NCBI RefSeq assembly: GCF_001194135.2 | Contig: NC_068981.1 | Coordinates: forward strand, 182,067,845-182,103,318 | Direction of reading: 5' to 3' | Length of the DNA stretch: 35,474 bases | DNA from: Octopus bimaculoides | Lineage: Eukaryota | Shown: piece by piece, positions 10,297 to 21,790 of the stretch | Layout: each line of letters starts with the position of its first letter | Numbering within the stretch: position 1 is the stretch's first letter | Program-made: the position numbers and the translations under genes | Notes under the pieces: model-generated | What the model saw: the letters and a program-made list of their open reading frames with translations, nothing else | Told to the model about the DNA's origin: nothing | The model's database searches: none

Positions 10297-10689
10297 GGTG
10301 CTACTTTGGTGTGCGATCTACGTAGCCAACAAGAGTCAAATTCTACTTTAGTATGAGATCTACATGTTTCATCGATTTATTATGGCTCAAATAAAACATT
10401 CTTACATGGGCGAATCGGACGAACAGGCGAGCTGAACGAATATCAGCTAGAAAAGTAAAAAATAGAGAATTAAAATTTTTATACTTTTTATACATTTATT
10501 GTTAAAGAGAAATTAGAATGAAGCAAATTTGAAACAAGTTTACTAATTTTATCGTTAATACATTTATCATTAAAATTTATTATTTGATACATTTATTATT
10601 AAAAAGACATTAGAATGGAGCAGATATAAAGTGTAGATCGCGTACCAAAGCAGTTTCATGACACGTACATCGCATACCAAAGTAGCACC
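10297..10689. mobile_element. 393-bp Merlin-like MITE nested in the mariner
   Basis: TIR GGTGCTACTTTGGT(G/A)TGCGAT(C/G)TAC (23/25); duplicated subterminal motif at both ends; perfect 8-bp TSD CACGAATC (10289-10296, 10690-10697). Confidence 0.85.
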
Positions 10690-11175
10690 CACGAATCTTC
10701 AGTGAATGAACGAATTGATTTGCGCGAACAGACGAATCACAATCAAATAGATTGATGCACAACTGGACTGTGGTTGCAATACAGAAGATGGTGGAAGATT
10801 TTGGTTTTTGAGAAAGCGTGTGCGAAGTGGATATTTCAGCAGTTGTCATCTGACTTGAAGGAAAGAAAAATGGAAGCCTGCTCTAGTCTGCTGGAAGTGT
10901 TTGAAACCAATGAAGACATATTTTGTTTCTGTCTGGTGGCAGTTGATAAAATGTGAGATTATCTTTATGATCTGGAATAAAGGTTCAGTCCGTGGAAAGG
11001 CGTTACCTCTCTTCTCCAAGGACCAAGAAGTCCAAGAATCAACGATAAACAAAGAAAGTGACTGTTTGGGGTTGAGGATAAGGATGTCATTCTCATTGAT
11101 TTTCTGGAATGTTCCTATATCGTGAACTGTATATTGAGAGTCTCATAATGCTCAGAGAATCCATTAGGAAGAAAT

Positions 11176-11345
11176 GGTAGCGCATAACTTAATGGTTCAG
11201 GTATTGGATTCATGGTCATAAGAATGTGATTTCGATTCCCGGACCGGACAACGCTTTGTGTTCACTCAACTGGCAAAAGTGAATAATCCTGCGAGACACC
11301 GGTCTGCCGTCCAGGGGTGGGTGAGATATGTACGCGGGGAAACTG
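11176..11345 (+). mobile_element. Diverged tRNA-derived SINE nested in the mariner
   Basis: gcgcataacttaatggttcagg (A-box-like)..gatttcgattcccggaccgg (B box)..cactcaactggcaaaagtga resembles the head-2 SINEs. Confidence 0.65.
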
Positions 11346-11362
11346 GCCTTATAAATCTATAT

Positions 11363-11550
11363 CAATGTTCCGCAACCGGTGTGCTGCGGCACACTGGTGT
11401 GCCACGAGACGATGCTAAGTGTGCCGCAGTGTAACCTGAATATAAATTTTTTCCCCTATACTTTTAGTTATATTTTTAGTTCAGGTGTGCCGCCGAATTT
11501 TGAAAAGACTATAAGTATACCGCAAGTGAAAAAGAAGTTGCGGAGCACTG
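11363..11550. mobile_element. hAT (Charlie-like) MITE nested in the mariner
   Basis: TIR CAATGTTCCGCAAC / CAGTGCTCCGCAAC (12/14); flanks ATCTATAT and GTCTTTAT (6/8) resemble the NTCTAGAN target; internal gtgtgccgc repeats. Confidence 0.75.
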
Positions 11551-11768
11551 GTCTTTATAACCCGGCAAGGAGCTTTATCCTTATCCTGTTAGGAGGGATG
11601 GACTGAACAAGAGTCAGAAAACGATCAACATTCACCATGGCATTGCATGGTCACACACCCTTCGGCAACAAATCAGGTAATCGACATATTAGGCTGGTTA
11701 ATAAACCCCATTCACCGTAGGTCTGACACCCACTAACTCCCATTTGTTCGGTTCAGTGGAAAACAGTC

Positions 11769-12166
11769 GGTGCCGATGTAGTATGTGATCTACATATGTT
11801 TCTGGTATAGCTTGTGATCTACATTAATTCAAATGTATTAGTTTGTGAGCTACACCGACTTTTTGATCTACATTTAAGATTGATCTATTTACTCGACTTC
11901 CGGTTGATTTGGTATATAAACCAAAAAAACTTTTATGATCTAAGCACTTTTACTCCTAAGCCCATTGAAAGAAGTGACGAGAACAAAAGAATTTTACACA
12001 CAGGTTATTTAAGATGAAGAAGCTGCAATAGAATTTCTCCGACGCTATGAACTCCTTGTTTAGCTCACTCTTTTATAACAAAATTTTGAATGTTGATCAC
12101 AAGCTGGTCAAGATTTAAGTTGCTGTAGATCACAATGGCATGTAGATCACATACTACACCGACACC
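11769..12166. mobile_element. 398-bp Merlin-like MITE nested in the mariner
   Basis: TIR GGTG(C/T)CG(A/G)TGTAGTATGTGATCTACAT (25/27); subterminal TGTGATCTACA repeats; TSD AAACAGTC/GAACAGTC (7/8); removing it restores the mariner reading frame SVENSLLG. Confidence 0.85.
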
Positions 12167-12764
12167 GAACAGTCTTCTGGGAGGGAGTAGCGATTTGATG
12201 ATACGGATGAGGTAAAAATGGCTGTAAAGAAAGGGCAATAACAGTGCAAACATGATTTTTTTTAAAAGTGGATTCAAAAATTGGATTCGTCAATGGCGTA
12301 ACTATTTTGTTTGTGATGTATCTGCGGCAACGTTGAAGAGTTGCTCTAGCAACGTAAGCAATTTGAACGATCTATGTCAGTTAATAATAAAAAGTCATGT
12401 CCTGTATGCGTGTATATGTGTGAATAATGTTATGTTCCATATGTGTGTGTGTGTGTGTTTGCATGCGTCTATGCATGTATGTATGTGTATACATATATGT
12501 TAGATGAGTATATTTTCGATGTGATACTTTTTGCAATTTCGGTCTAACATGGCTCTTCGCGTAAAGTTTACCAATACAACTTCTTCTCAGAAGCAACATT
12601 TGAAGTTCAACTAATAAACATTACTTGAAGAGCCATGTTAAGGCAAAACTAGACAAAGCAATGGTTTAAAAGAATATTCAGTCACGAATTAAATATCTAC
12701 TTTACCTTGCACTCAAGCATTATGTCTTCTTTTACCCGATATTGATTTTATTCCCTTTTTGTGC

Positions 12765-12912
<148 letters not shown>

Positions 12913-13249
12913 TACAGATAAATGCGTGCCAAGTACAATGAAATTAAAAGTTGAATGGGAAAATCCAGCGTGGCTCGCGTGTATGATCACGAACTAACCA
13001 GCTATCTGGTACACAGGCTTAGCTATTTCACCGTTATCACGCAACCATAAAAACATTTAACAATCAAGCATTCTCGCACTCACTGTCCAGCACACGTTTA
13101 TGATTCAAATAATTAAGTTCATAAACTGTTGTAAATAAACATATATTTACATAATAAAATATATTCATTTGAATAGAAATCCAGGGTATGCAATTGAAGC
13201 AGTATTAATTTAAAATAACCATCTAAGTATCGTACTTAATGTAAATACA

Positions 13250-14170
13250 TTTTTTTCAAACGATTTTGTCCTAAACAAGACTCGGGGTCACTGTAACATC
13301 AGAGACTACAAAGAAAAGAGAGAAGAGACCTACAGATTCAAAAACCGTCGACTGACAGAAAGCTTAAAGGATTGGATTTCATAGATCACAGGAAAACAAG
13401 ACGCGGGTAGTGAGGTCAATGGAGCAAAAGTCGTGGAAAAACGCTATTAGAATAAAAGAACTTATAGCTAAGAGGAAGCGCAACAGAGAAACGAGAAAAG
13501 AAGCAGGTAACACATTTAACGATCTTGACAGTGGGTACAAGACCAGAAAGTTTATCAGAGCAATGCCTATGGAAATACAAAAAAGACACAACGAAGATGC
13601 ATTTTGACGATGAGCAAAAAAATCCAACCCAGAAGAAAGTAGAGGGCCCACCATGCTAACAACTCTATTCTGAATTCGATCAAGTAAGTTGAGACATTCA
13701 GAGGAGGCACTGCAATATTTAATGCAAGATCGAATGGTGGCTGTATAGAAATACAATTGTAAAATATCTGCCAACACGAAAGAGAGATCCAGCTTCCTTG
13801 GTAATGGACTGAACATATTTGTTCCAAGAGAGATCTCTGGTCAAAGTCAAGAAAGAAGTCGGATACTGTAGCTTTCTGGAAGATCAACCCCACCCATAGC
13901 AATGGACGGGAGTAACAGCTGCCTCTAACGATCAATTGACAAAAACTTTGTCTTGCCATCATTAAAATTCACCAGTTAGGTATTACCCCACTCTTCGACC
14001 ATGAAAAGATTATCTTCAAAAAAGGTAGCTTGCCGTCAGCCGGCAAGATACTGCGGTTTTTCTCCAAGATAAACATCTAAGGAAGTACTGCGTTAAAAAC
14101 ACAATATATATCGGAAGGAGACAAAAAATTGCCCCGTAAATGAGAACGCCAGATGCGTTTCGGCCCGGCG
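13250..14170 (-). pseudogene. 5'-truncated non-LTR retrotransposon (CR1/Jockey-like), RT C-terminus plus 3' UTR
   Basis: Minus-strand frames give VEEWGNT*LVNFNDGKTKF, LTLTRDLSWNKYVQSITKEAGSLFR and LYFYTATIRSCIKYCS..LNLLDRIQNRVVSMVG..FAHRQNASSLCLF, typical of late RT and post-RT LINE regions; A-rich tail near 13250. Confidence 0.8.
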
Positions 14171-16185
14171 GTTAATCCCAATATCATTGAATTATTATTC
14201 AGTATTTCCTATATTGGATGCTGATAGATTTTGTCTCGGCATGTGACTGCGAGTTTGTTTTTAAAATAAAAAATAAATTATACTTAAATCCAATTTTTTG
14301 CCTTACTTATATTTTTTCTCGTGATATTTTACCTCACAACTTTTTTAATACAAATTTTTGTTGCATGGGACCAAAACTATGACATTCTTCATGCTTTCTT
14401 CTATCATTGAAGCTAAGATAAATATATTTTGCTTTTAAAATAAAAAAAAGTTATTTAGATCTAAACTTGATTGGAGGCGTTACTTACTCTCCTAAAACGT
14501 TGCTACAAATGTTGATGTAAACTTTTTTTCTACTGAACCAAATCTCGATTATTTTTTAATGCCAAAATGTAGCTAGGGACCAGCCCTCTTCAAAAATGTT
14601 AACAATTTTCAATTTGGTTATGAACTGAATTAGCGACAAAGCTCTGAAGATGCTGCGTGTGAGTAAATTGCAACCTTGACAATATTATTCAACTACTGCC
14701 GTATTTGAATGATACAAAATCAGCAAAATTAAATTTTGTTCTGCGCTATTTCTAGCAAAATATCGTTCTCTTATATGAACTGTAATATTATTATAGTAAT
14801 GGGTTGTCTAGTCAAGATTCGAAACCCGAACTCCTGGTTCACTGCAACAAATCTTTGCACGTCTCTGGATTATGACCATCACTGCTGTGTATCTGTATTT
14901 TTCTTATTCTGCATTTTTCATTCTAAGCTTATATAACATTACAACAGCACACTTACAAGAATACAACATTACATATATACCTTATTACATGTGCCTTTAT
15001 ATATCAGCAGTTATTTCCAGGGCTGTTTTGACATTAAACTCTAATTCCTAACATCATTTCTGTTAGATGCTGCTTCTAGCTTCGGTTCTGATTGCACTGC
15101 TTCACATTTAATATGAGAACTTTGGCGATGTCCCATATCTGCAAAGAAACTATCAAGCCCTTGCTATTCAACTTACTACATTGTTTATCTCAACCAAACT
15201 GCTTACAACAGCCGTCGCCCCTGCTATTGCACACAATAGTGATGTATGAAAATGTTGCCTGCGTGTGTGTTGTACCAACGTTGTTGGAATGAGTAGTTAG
15301 TAAAGTTGCAGAAGGCTGCGTATAATAATTTGATAACACCAAGCAAACATCTAAACATGGTTTATTATCGCTGCACAAGTCACATGAAGTTGGTCATGCA
15401 TTACAAATATACACGTAGAGTCAGCAGGATGAAGGAAATATAATGCAACATGCAAAGTAGCTGGATATCAAAATTTACCACTGGGGCTGGATTAAACTCA
15501 AGGAAGATATATTCATACTCTGCTTCGTGTCTTCTACTACAATCGCATATCGGTTAAGTATGCAGGCGTTAGAACAACTAAGAAAGAGTATGTATTTCGT
15601 ACTGCGACCAAGAACACACTGGAGTCTGGCACCGAAAAGGGTTCTGTCTACAGGCCTTGTAGGGAAATATTTTAGGGCCTTCCAGGATCATGTTTCTCGT
15701 GATGTCTGACTTCTGATTGGGCAATAATTCGATTGCATACACGATCAAGTCGCTGCTAAGTCGTGACTTGAAAACCGCAGTGTGGCAACGCGCGTTCGCG
15801 TCCGGCGCCACAAAAAATTACCAAATTCATTCGGCCTTTCACCTACCTCACCTACGTCACTTGCAATATACACATATCGCCAGAAGCATTCTTCTTTTAC
15901 TGCAGAGTGAGAATATAAGAACTTTCTTCTCAATTATTTTCTTCAGAAAGCATATGACAGACCTGAATTGGCTTTTTACTATTCTATATTCAGTTTCACA
16001 CGAATATTTATTTACATGACAAAAATAATGTAAACACACAAGTTAACGACGATTTCTAACTTAAAGATATATAGGCACATGTCCATTGCACATTTTCTCG
16101 CATAAAACAGTTCAGATTTCAATTTCAGTTAAGAGGACACTCATTTCGTTTGTTGCTCTACAAATTTTTCTTTTTTTTCGGAATC

Positions 16186-16524
16186 TTAAGACTCCCCTTT
16201 GATCATGACTGACCATGGGATTGCACCTAGAAAGTTACCCTCCGAGGCACAAGTCCGAGCAAGGTTATTTATGGAAGGCCAGCAGTCGCCCATGCATACC
16301 GGCCTCTCCTCTCCATGCCACCGATGCTATCCAAGGGAAAGGCAATGACCAATACAGCTTGGCACCTGTGCCGTCGCAACTCATTTCTACAGCTGAGTGA
16401 ACTGGAGCAACGTGAAATAAAGGGTCTTGCTCAAGAACACAACACGCAGCCCGGTCCGGGATTCGAACTCACAACCTCACGATCGTAAGTTCGACGCTCT
16501 AACCACTGAGCCATGCGCCTTCAC
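16186..16524 (-). mobile_element. tRNA-derived CORE-like SINE (head 2, tail 2), full length
   Basis: A box tggctcagtgg, B box gagttcgaatccc, CORE-like gtgttcttgagcaagaccc; 10-bp TSD TTTCGGAATC (16176-16185, 16525-16534). Confidence 0.92.
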
Positions 16525-16707
16525 TTTCGGAATCACAATTTACATTATATGAAACAGGAATACTAAAAATGAAGGGGGGAAAAATCTTTTCTTTTCCTAT
16601 GAGATATAGGGTTTCGGGGAACAGCTAATCCAAAATTGCACCTATTTATTTGACACCTATTGTTCAAAAAAAAAAAAAAAACTACTGAAAGGGGGTTGGA
16701 TTAATTA

Positions 16708-17026
16708 GGTGGCTGAAAAGTTCATAGGCTGACTCTGGGTGATGCTAGAGCTGTGAAATGCATTAATTTCAACTCTTCTCATTAATAACAGCATTCTCCT
16801 GATTTGGCCCCATCTGAATATGATCTGTTGCCCAACATGAAAAAACACTGGGCTGGGAACCAATATCGCAGTGAATATGACGTCATATCTGCCATCGATA
16901 ACAGTCTTGACCTTCAGGATGAAAGTTTGTTCGCCAATGGGACGCAAGCACTGAAAAGTAAACCTAATTTGGTTACATTCCATGAGAGTCTTTTAGTTAG
17001 TCTATGAATTTTTCAGCCGACCCTCG
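16708..17026 (+). mobile_element. Internally deleted mariner (MITE-like) retaining the transposase C-terminus
   Basis: TIR ggctgaaaa(g/a)ttcatag(g/a)ct(g/a)act at both ends, right end ...ccctcg; peptide SPDLAPSEYDLLPNMKKHWAGNQYRSEYDVISAID (YSPDLAP motif). Confidence 0.85.
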
Positions 17027-17082
17027 TGTCTCTCGAAATTGATACCTTCTAAGGAGTCGTCCGAGTCAACGAAGGAGTCTCT

Positions 17083-17093
17083 CAGAGAGAGAT

Positions 17094-17142
<49 letters not shown>
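17083..17142. repeat. (GA)n microsatellite
   Basis: Seen directly. Confidence 0.95.
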
Positions 17143-17157
17143 CTATGTAGGTACACT

Positions 17158-17315
17158 TATTAGCGTAGCTAGAGTGGGGGCGGTAGGGGAAGTTCGCCTC
17201 GGGCGGCACTTTTAAAGGGGCACCACTTTTGGGTCTGCTGTAGACAATATGTGTTTTTTGTGGGCGGCAAACAGAAGGTCCGCCCCGGGCGGCACACATT
17301 CTAGCTACGCTAGTG
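17158..17315. mobile_element. 158-bp hAT-like MITE
   Basis: TIR TATTAGCGTAGCTAGA / CACTAGCGTAGCTAGA; perfect 8-bp TSD GGTACACT (17150-17157, 17316-17323). Confidence 0.8.
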
Positions 17316-17558
17316 GGTACACTGAGGTACACTGTATTGGGGGGAAAAGACAGAATAATTAAGGTTGGTACACTTTTGATCGTACGACTGCTTGATCTCA
17401 GCTAACTAATAACAACTCGAACTGAGATGAACTAAAGAGAGAAGCTTACAATACTTGCTCAATCTGTTAGAAATAGCAGGCAAATCTTTTTAAAACCTTC
17501 TCATCTTAATTGGTTAATGCAGTCCTAGATAGAAGAAAAATCCTTTTCAAATCATATT

Positions 17559-17790
17559 TATTCTTTTATTGCCCACAAGGAGGCTAAACATAGAGGGGAC
17601 AAACAAGGACAGACAAAAGGATTAAGTCGATTACATCGACCCCAGTGCGTAACTAGTACTTAATTTATCGACCCCGAAAGGATGAAAAGCAAAGTCGACC
17701 TTGGCGGAATTTGAACTCAGAACGTAACGGCAGACGAAATACCGCTAAGCATTTCGCCCGGCGTGCTAACGATTCTGCCACCCCGCTGCC
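17559..17790 (-). mobile_element. SINE family A, full length
   Basis: Reverse complement of 3788-4020; 19-bp TSD ATCCTT(T/C)TCAAATCATATT (17540-17558, 17791-17809). Confidence 0.92.
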
Positions 17791-17996
17791 ATCCTTCTCA
17801 AATCATATTAACTTATAGGACCGGTTTCCAGTGTTTCCGCAGCGCAACGTGTAATGAAGTGTTTTGCTTAAAAAAAAAAACGCTACGCATCGGTCGGTCC
17901 AGGAAGCGATACCNNNNNNNNNNAGGTATACTTTATAGAAATAGATGGTTATGGCTGGAATGCTTTTGATCGTAAGGTGCTCGTGCAATACAAGAA

Positions 17997-18381
17997 GAAG
18001 TTGCTGGCACTCCGTCGCTTACGACGTCGAGGGTTCCAGTCGATCCGATCAACGGAACAGCCTGCTCGTGAAATTAACGTGCAAGTGGCTGAGCACTCCA
18101 CAGACACATGTACCCTTAACGTAGTTCTCGGGAATATTCAGCGTGACACAGTGTGACAAAGCTGACCCTTTAAATTACAGGCACAACAGAAACAGGGAGT
18201 AAGAGTGAGAGAAAGTTGTGGTGAAAGATTACAGCAGTGTTCTCCACCATCCCCTGCCGGAGCCTCGTGGTGCTTTAGGTGTTTTCGCTCAATAAACACT
18301 CACAACGCCCGGTCTGGGAATCGAAACCGCGATCCTATGACCGCGAGTCCGCTGCCCTAATCACTGGGCCATTGCGCCTCC
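17997..18381 (-). mobile_element. SINE family B, full length
   Basis: Reverse complement of 8333-8710; 9-bp TSD ATACAAGAA (17988-17996, 18382-18390). Confidence 0.92.
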
Positions 18382-18437
18382 ATACAAGAAAAGGTATATT
18401 GAGATGAAACAACATATATGACAAGTGCAAAATGTTT

Positions 18438-18862
18438 GGATCTTTTCCTTTTGGCCGGCACATAGAAAAAATAATTTTTTGTAACTAAACACTTTCAAAT
18501 TTCTTATACTGGTAGAATGTGTCATTTAAAACATCATTTACTCTTGGCGTTTTTAAGAAAATTCTTTATTTTCGAAGTTATTTTGTGTTAAAGTTGTCGT
18601 ATTTCGGTAATTTCAACCAATCAATGATGTCTATTGAGGTGAAAACAATTACTGCTGTGGTTTGTCAACAAGACGTTCCGGCGGTTTATATTTAGTTTGT
18701 CACTGTTATTCCTGATATATTTACATTTGAGATACACGTGTGCATAGTTTAATCAATTCAGGGATCTTTTTCTTTTGGCCGGCACATAGAAAAAATAATT
18801 TTTTGTAACTAAACACTTTCAAATTTCGTATACTTGTAGAATGTGTCATTTAAAACATCATT
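18438..18862 (+). mobile_element. Two tandem left-end fragments of a GGATC-terminated element related to 2449-3052
   Basis: Both 18438 and 18762 start GGATCTTTT and share aaacactttcaaattt..ggtagaatgtgtcatttaaaacatc..gttaaagttgtcgtattt..aatttcaaccaatca with the left arm of the 604-bp element. Confidence 0.75.
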
Positions 18863-18863
18863 G

Positions 18864-18978
18864 GCTTTCATCCTTTCGGAGCCGATAAATTAAGTACCAG
18901 TTGCGTACAGGGGACGATCTAATCGACTGGCCCCCTCCCCCAAAATTTCAAGCCTTGTGCCAAGAGTAGAAATGAATA
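18864..18978 (+). mobile_element. SINE family A, 3' portion (variant tail)
   Basis: gctttcatcctttcggagccgataaattaagtaccagt..cctccccaaaatttcaagccttgtgcc. Confidence 0.8.
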
Positions 18979-19544
18979 TATATTCTTGTTGTCGTGGAGT
19001 TTTCTTCATCGATCGTTCCAGGTTGAATAAGTAGTTGTAAAATCAGCTGCAAGTGAAGAGTGAACGACACCAGAGACCGAATCACTCTGAGGTTATGACA
19101 TTCAGTTGAGCTGTATTTGTCAGCTGTGTTCAAGGAAGGTTCTAGTCATGCCACCAGACTCTTCACGTGAAGACAACTGAGTTGACGCACATGGACAACA
19201 ATTGAGTTGAAGACAACAATTGACTTGACGCACATGATCAAATTGTAATTTCTATGTGGCAAAACATAGGATCGAATCCAATTGTCATAATTCTTTTGAG
19301 TTTACGGCCCTATCATTGAAGGCTAGCCTGGGATCTAGACAACTTGTTCTGGGAAATAAATCACTTTCTCGTGACAACCTTTTCTTTCTTTCTTTCTTTC
19401 TTTCTTTCTTTTTAATTCGACAAACATCTAATTCAGCAATTTAATATTTCTGTTAAGTTCACCACCTTAATACAAATAATTCTCATAACAGAAATAAAAA
19501 TTTAGTCAAATACAAGAAAAATGTACATTCGTTGGAGGAAAATA

Positions 19545-19742
19545 CAGGCATTCCTCAACTTACGTCGGTAATTGGTTTTCCGAGTTCAGACATGCGACTT
19601 AGCTCGAAAAACAACGTGACATGAAAAGTCATTTTAAAATCCTTATTAGCATATATCTGTTTTAATAAATGATTTGTTGGTATTTTCACATGTAAAGTAG
19701 GAAAATACGTCACTCGAAATTATATAAGTTGAGGTACTCTAG
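19545..19742. mobile_element. Tigger/pogo-like MITE
   Basis: TA|CAGGCATTCCTCAACTTA ... TAAGTTGAGGTACTCTAG|TA; 10-bp perfect TIR core with TA flanks. Confidence 0.6.
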
Positions 19743-20399
19743 TATACATGTGTTTCTTCAGTTTAACAGAAAATACATCTTTATATAGTCAACTCTTTAT
19801 ACTATATATTTGTACCTTCAACATTACCCATGGATTCCTCCTTTAAACTGTAGCTTCATTAGAATTACTGGCGCTAATTTTATTGATTTTATTGAATACT
19901 TTTAGTCGGCAATATCCATTATTGGTGTTATGGTGCTTTAGTTATATTGATTTTTATAAATATAAAAAAAAAGAAAAACAGAACTTGTGATTTGTAACCG
20001 TCGTAATTAATAGTTTCAGCCAAAACTCAAAACACGGTTATGCAATTATTCTTTGTTTCTCCTTTATTTTTTTCGTAATAAATATTCTAACCTATTTGTG
20101 TATATGCATGTATATATGAATGTATAAGTGTGTGTGTGTGTGTGTGTGTGATTGTTACTGAGTGGCGTCAGATGGTTGATAGTTTTCGTACATTTTGCGA
20201 TCTCAAACCATTGCACATACAGAAGGAAAGAATAATCAATGCCGAGCAGAATAATGTTTGTAGTAAGTTTAGAGTTGTTTCCCTTGTATTTGAAAAATAT
20301 TCAACAATCTTCGTATTTGCATCTGGCTTGCAAGATTCTTAATATGAATTCCTGTGTTGAAACGAATTTGGGGTAATGACTCTCCTTAGACACAACAAG

Positions 20400-20620
20400 T
20401 AGAATTAAATAAATTAAAGAATAATACAATTCTATATTTAAGAGATGAGGAATTATTTACATTATTTACATTATTTACATTTGACGGATATTTCTCCTCA
20501 TCTTGTTTGTTGTTAACACAACGTTTCGGCTGATATACGGTCCAGCTTTCGTCAGGTGTCTTGGGGAAATTTCGAACCTGGGTTCTCATTCCTAACGGTT
20601 TCTTTTACTTTTTAGATATT
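20400..20620 (-). mobile_element. Penelope-like terminal remnant carrying a hammerhead
   Basis: Contains the motif at 20516-20559 in an AT-rich context with (attatttac) repeats. Confidence 0.6.
20516..20559 (-). ncRNA. Minimal type I hammerhead motif
   Basis: Minus strand ACAC-CTGACGA-A-AGCTG-GACCGTATAT-CAGCC-GAAA-CG-TT-GTGT; palindromic AACGTT; A.C mismatch at the base of helix II. Confidence 0.7.
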
Positions 20621-20906
20621 TTCTTACTATCTTATGGAAATCTTTTTGGAAGTCGTTACTACACTAACTCATCTTTAAACGTGCACTCGTGTTCGTATGC
20701 ATATATACACACGCACACGCATATGAAGTGTATGTATGTGTGTACGTGCGTATATGTACATATATGTCTGTGTAAGTGTGTGTGTGTGTGTGCGAGCGTG
20801 CCCGCATGTGTGTGTGTATAAGTGTGCACGCACATGTGTGTGTATGTAAAGTTGTCGTTGACCGCCACCCGTCTTAGGAGAAAAGAAATTCTCCCTCATA
20901 TATATA

Positions 20907-21545
20907 TGAAATGTATAATCCAGAAGTTTTTAGACTTTTTTCGGGAGATATATTTATTTATTTCAAAGAATGATCCTCTGATTCCAATGCTCTTGTAGCA
21001 CTCCAATCACTTTGTGAAGGCCTCATGGAAGTCCTTCAAAGTAAAGGTATCCAGGACCCTTGTCACAGCCTCCTTTGCCTTTAAAATGACTCTCCCTGGG
21101 TTTTTTTCCTTAAACTTGTGGAACAACCAAGTCACAGGGAGCAAGGTCTGGACTGTGGGGTGGGTGAGGGATAGTGGTGATGCCCATTTCTGCCAAATAG
21201 ATGCTTACCAGGATGTTTGTCAGAGAGCACCCTAGGAACAAACTTTTCACAAATTTTGCACATGTTCAGATCTTCATGAATAATTCAGTGTACAGTTTCC
21301 ACACCAACTCCACACTGTGAGCTTATTGTCTTTATAGACACACAACAGTCTTCATCCAGAAAATTGAGAATTTTCTCAACCAGCTCTGATGCTCTCAGAA
21401 TCTCTTCCTCCCACAACTCTCATCTCATCTCACTTCCTTTCAACCATCCTTGAACCTTTTATGCCAACAAAAAAAAGTTAATCTTTAAGCAATCTGGAGC
21501 ATTTCATAAGTTTAGTAGGGTGTATTCAAAGGACTGTCTCCTTCA
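20907..21545 (-). pseudogene. Internally deleted, decayed mariner
   Basis: Minus strand: WHKRFKDG; LVEKILNFLDEDCCVSIKTISSQCGVGVETVH*IIHEDLNMCKICEKFVPRVL, joined directly to AEMGITTIPHP..PDLAPCD..WLF..KEAVTRVLDTFTLKDFHEAF; the middle of the DDD domain is missing. Confidence 0.85.
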
Positions 21546-21615
21546 ATCTAGAATAAAGAATTTGGCAAGTCAGTTTATTAAACATATAGAAATGTTATAC
21601 GAAAATTACAATAAT

Positions 21616-21790
21616 AAAAATAACCAGAGCTGAAGACACCTCCGAAAGGGGGGCCTCGCCACGTCAAAACGGTTGAGGAGTAGGAGCCGAAACCGGACAT
21701 GTTTCCTCCTGATGATGTCTTGAGCTAACTGGATCCTATAAAGGAGCTGTTGTGATAGCAGACCACGAAACATGGTTGAAATTCCATTCC
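21616..21790 (+). mobile_element. 175-bp insertion flanked by an exact 21-bp direct repeat, with two hammerhead-like cores
   Basis: TTATACGAAAATTACAATAAT at 21595-21615 and 21791-21811; CTGAAGA(21630)..GAAA-CCGG and CTGATGA(21710)..GAAA-CATG. Confidence 0.6.

Larger units (their letters stand above)
9356..12345 (+). pseudogene. Decayed mariner (Tc1/mariner) transposase in five or more pieces separated by nested insertions
   Basis: TA|CGAGGG left end. Pieces in order: EFSMTEGY..LTRSNVHRRMKRFKEREFSSEDKP (HTH region, 9529-9688); NELICANRRITIK (about 10710); KACAKWIFQQL (WVPHEL-like); IHHGIAWSHT (HDNARPH-like, about 11630); GLTPTNSHLFGSVENSLLGG (YSPDLAP-region-like, spanning the 11769 MITE); RFDDTDEVKMAV..FFKSGFKNWIRQW (12190-12300). 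Right TIR not found. Confidence 0.85.

Noticed and set aside
14640-14690. CTGAAGATGC hammerhead-like start
   Set aside because: No downstream GAAA.
15060-15830. Faint Helitron-helicase or MULE-like peptide hints on the minus strand (ATLLTTHS, LEAASNRNDVRN, FRCQTPVC)
   Set aside because: Matches are too short and inconsistent to call by eye; a profile-HMM search of all six frames would be needed.
18987-19266. Possible second solo LTR (TGTT...AACA) with an internal duplication
   Set aside because: Flanks TATTCT and TAGGAT give no TSD; only 4 terminal bases are inverted.
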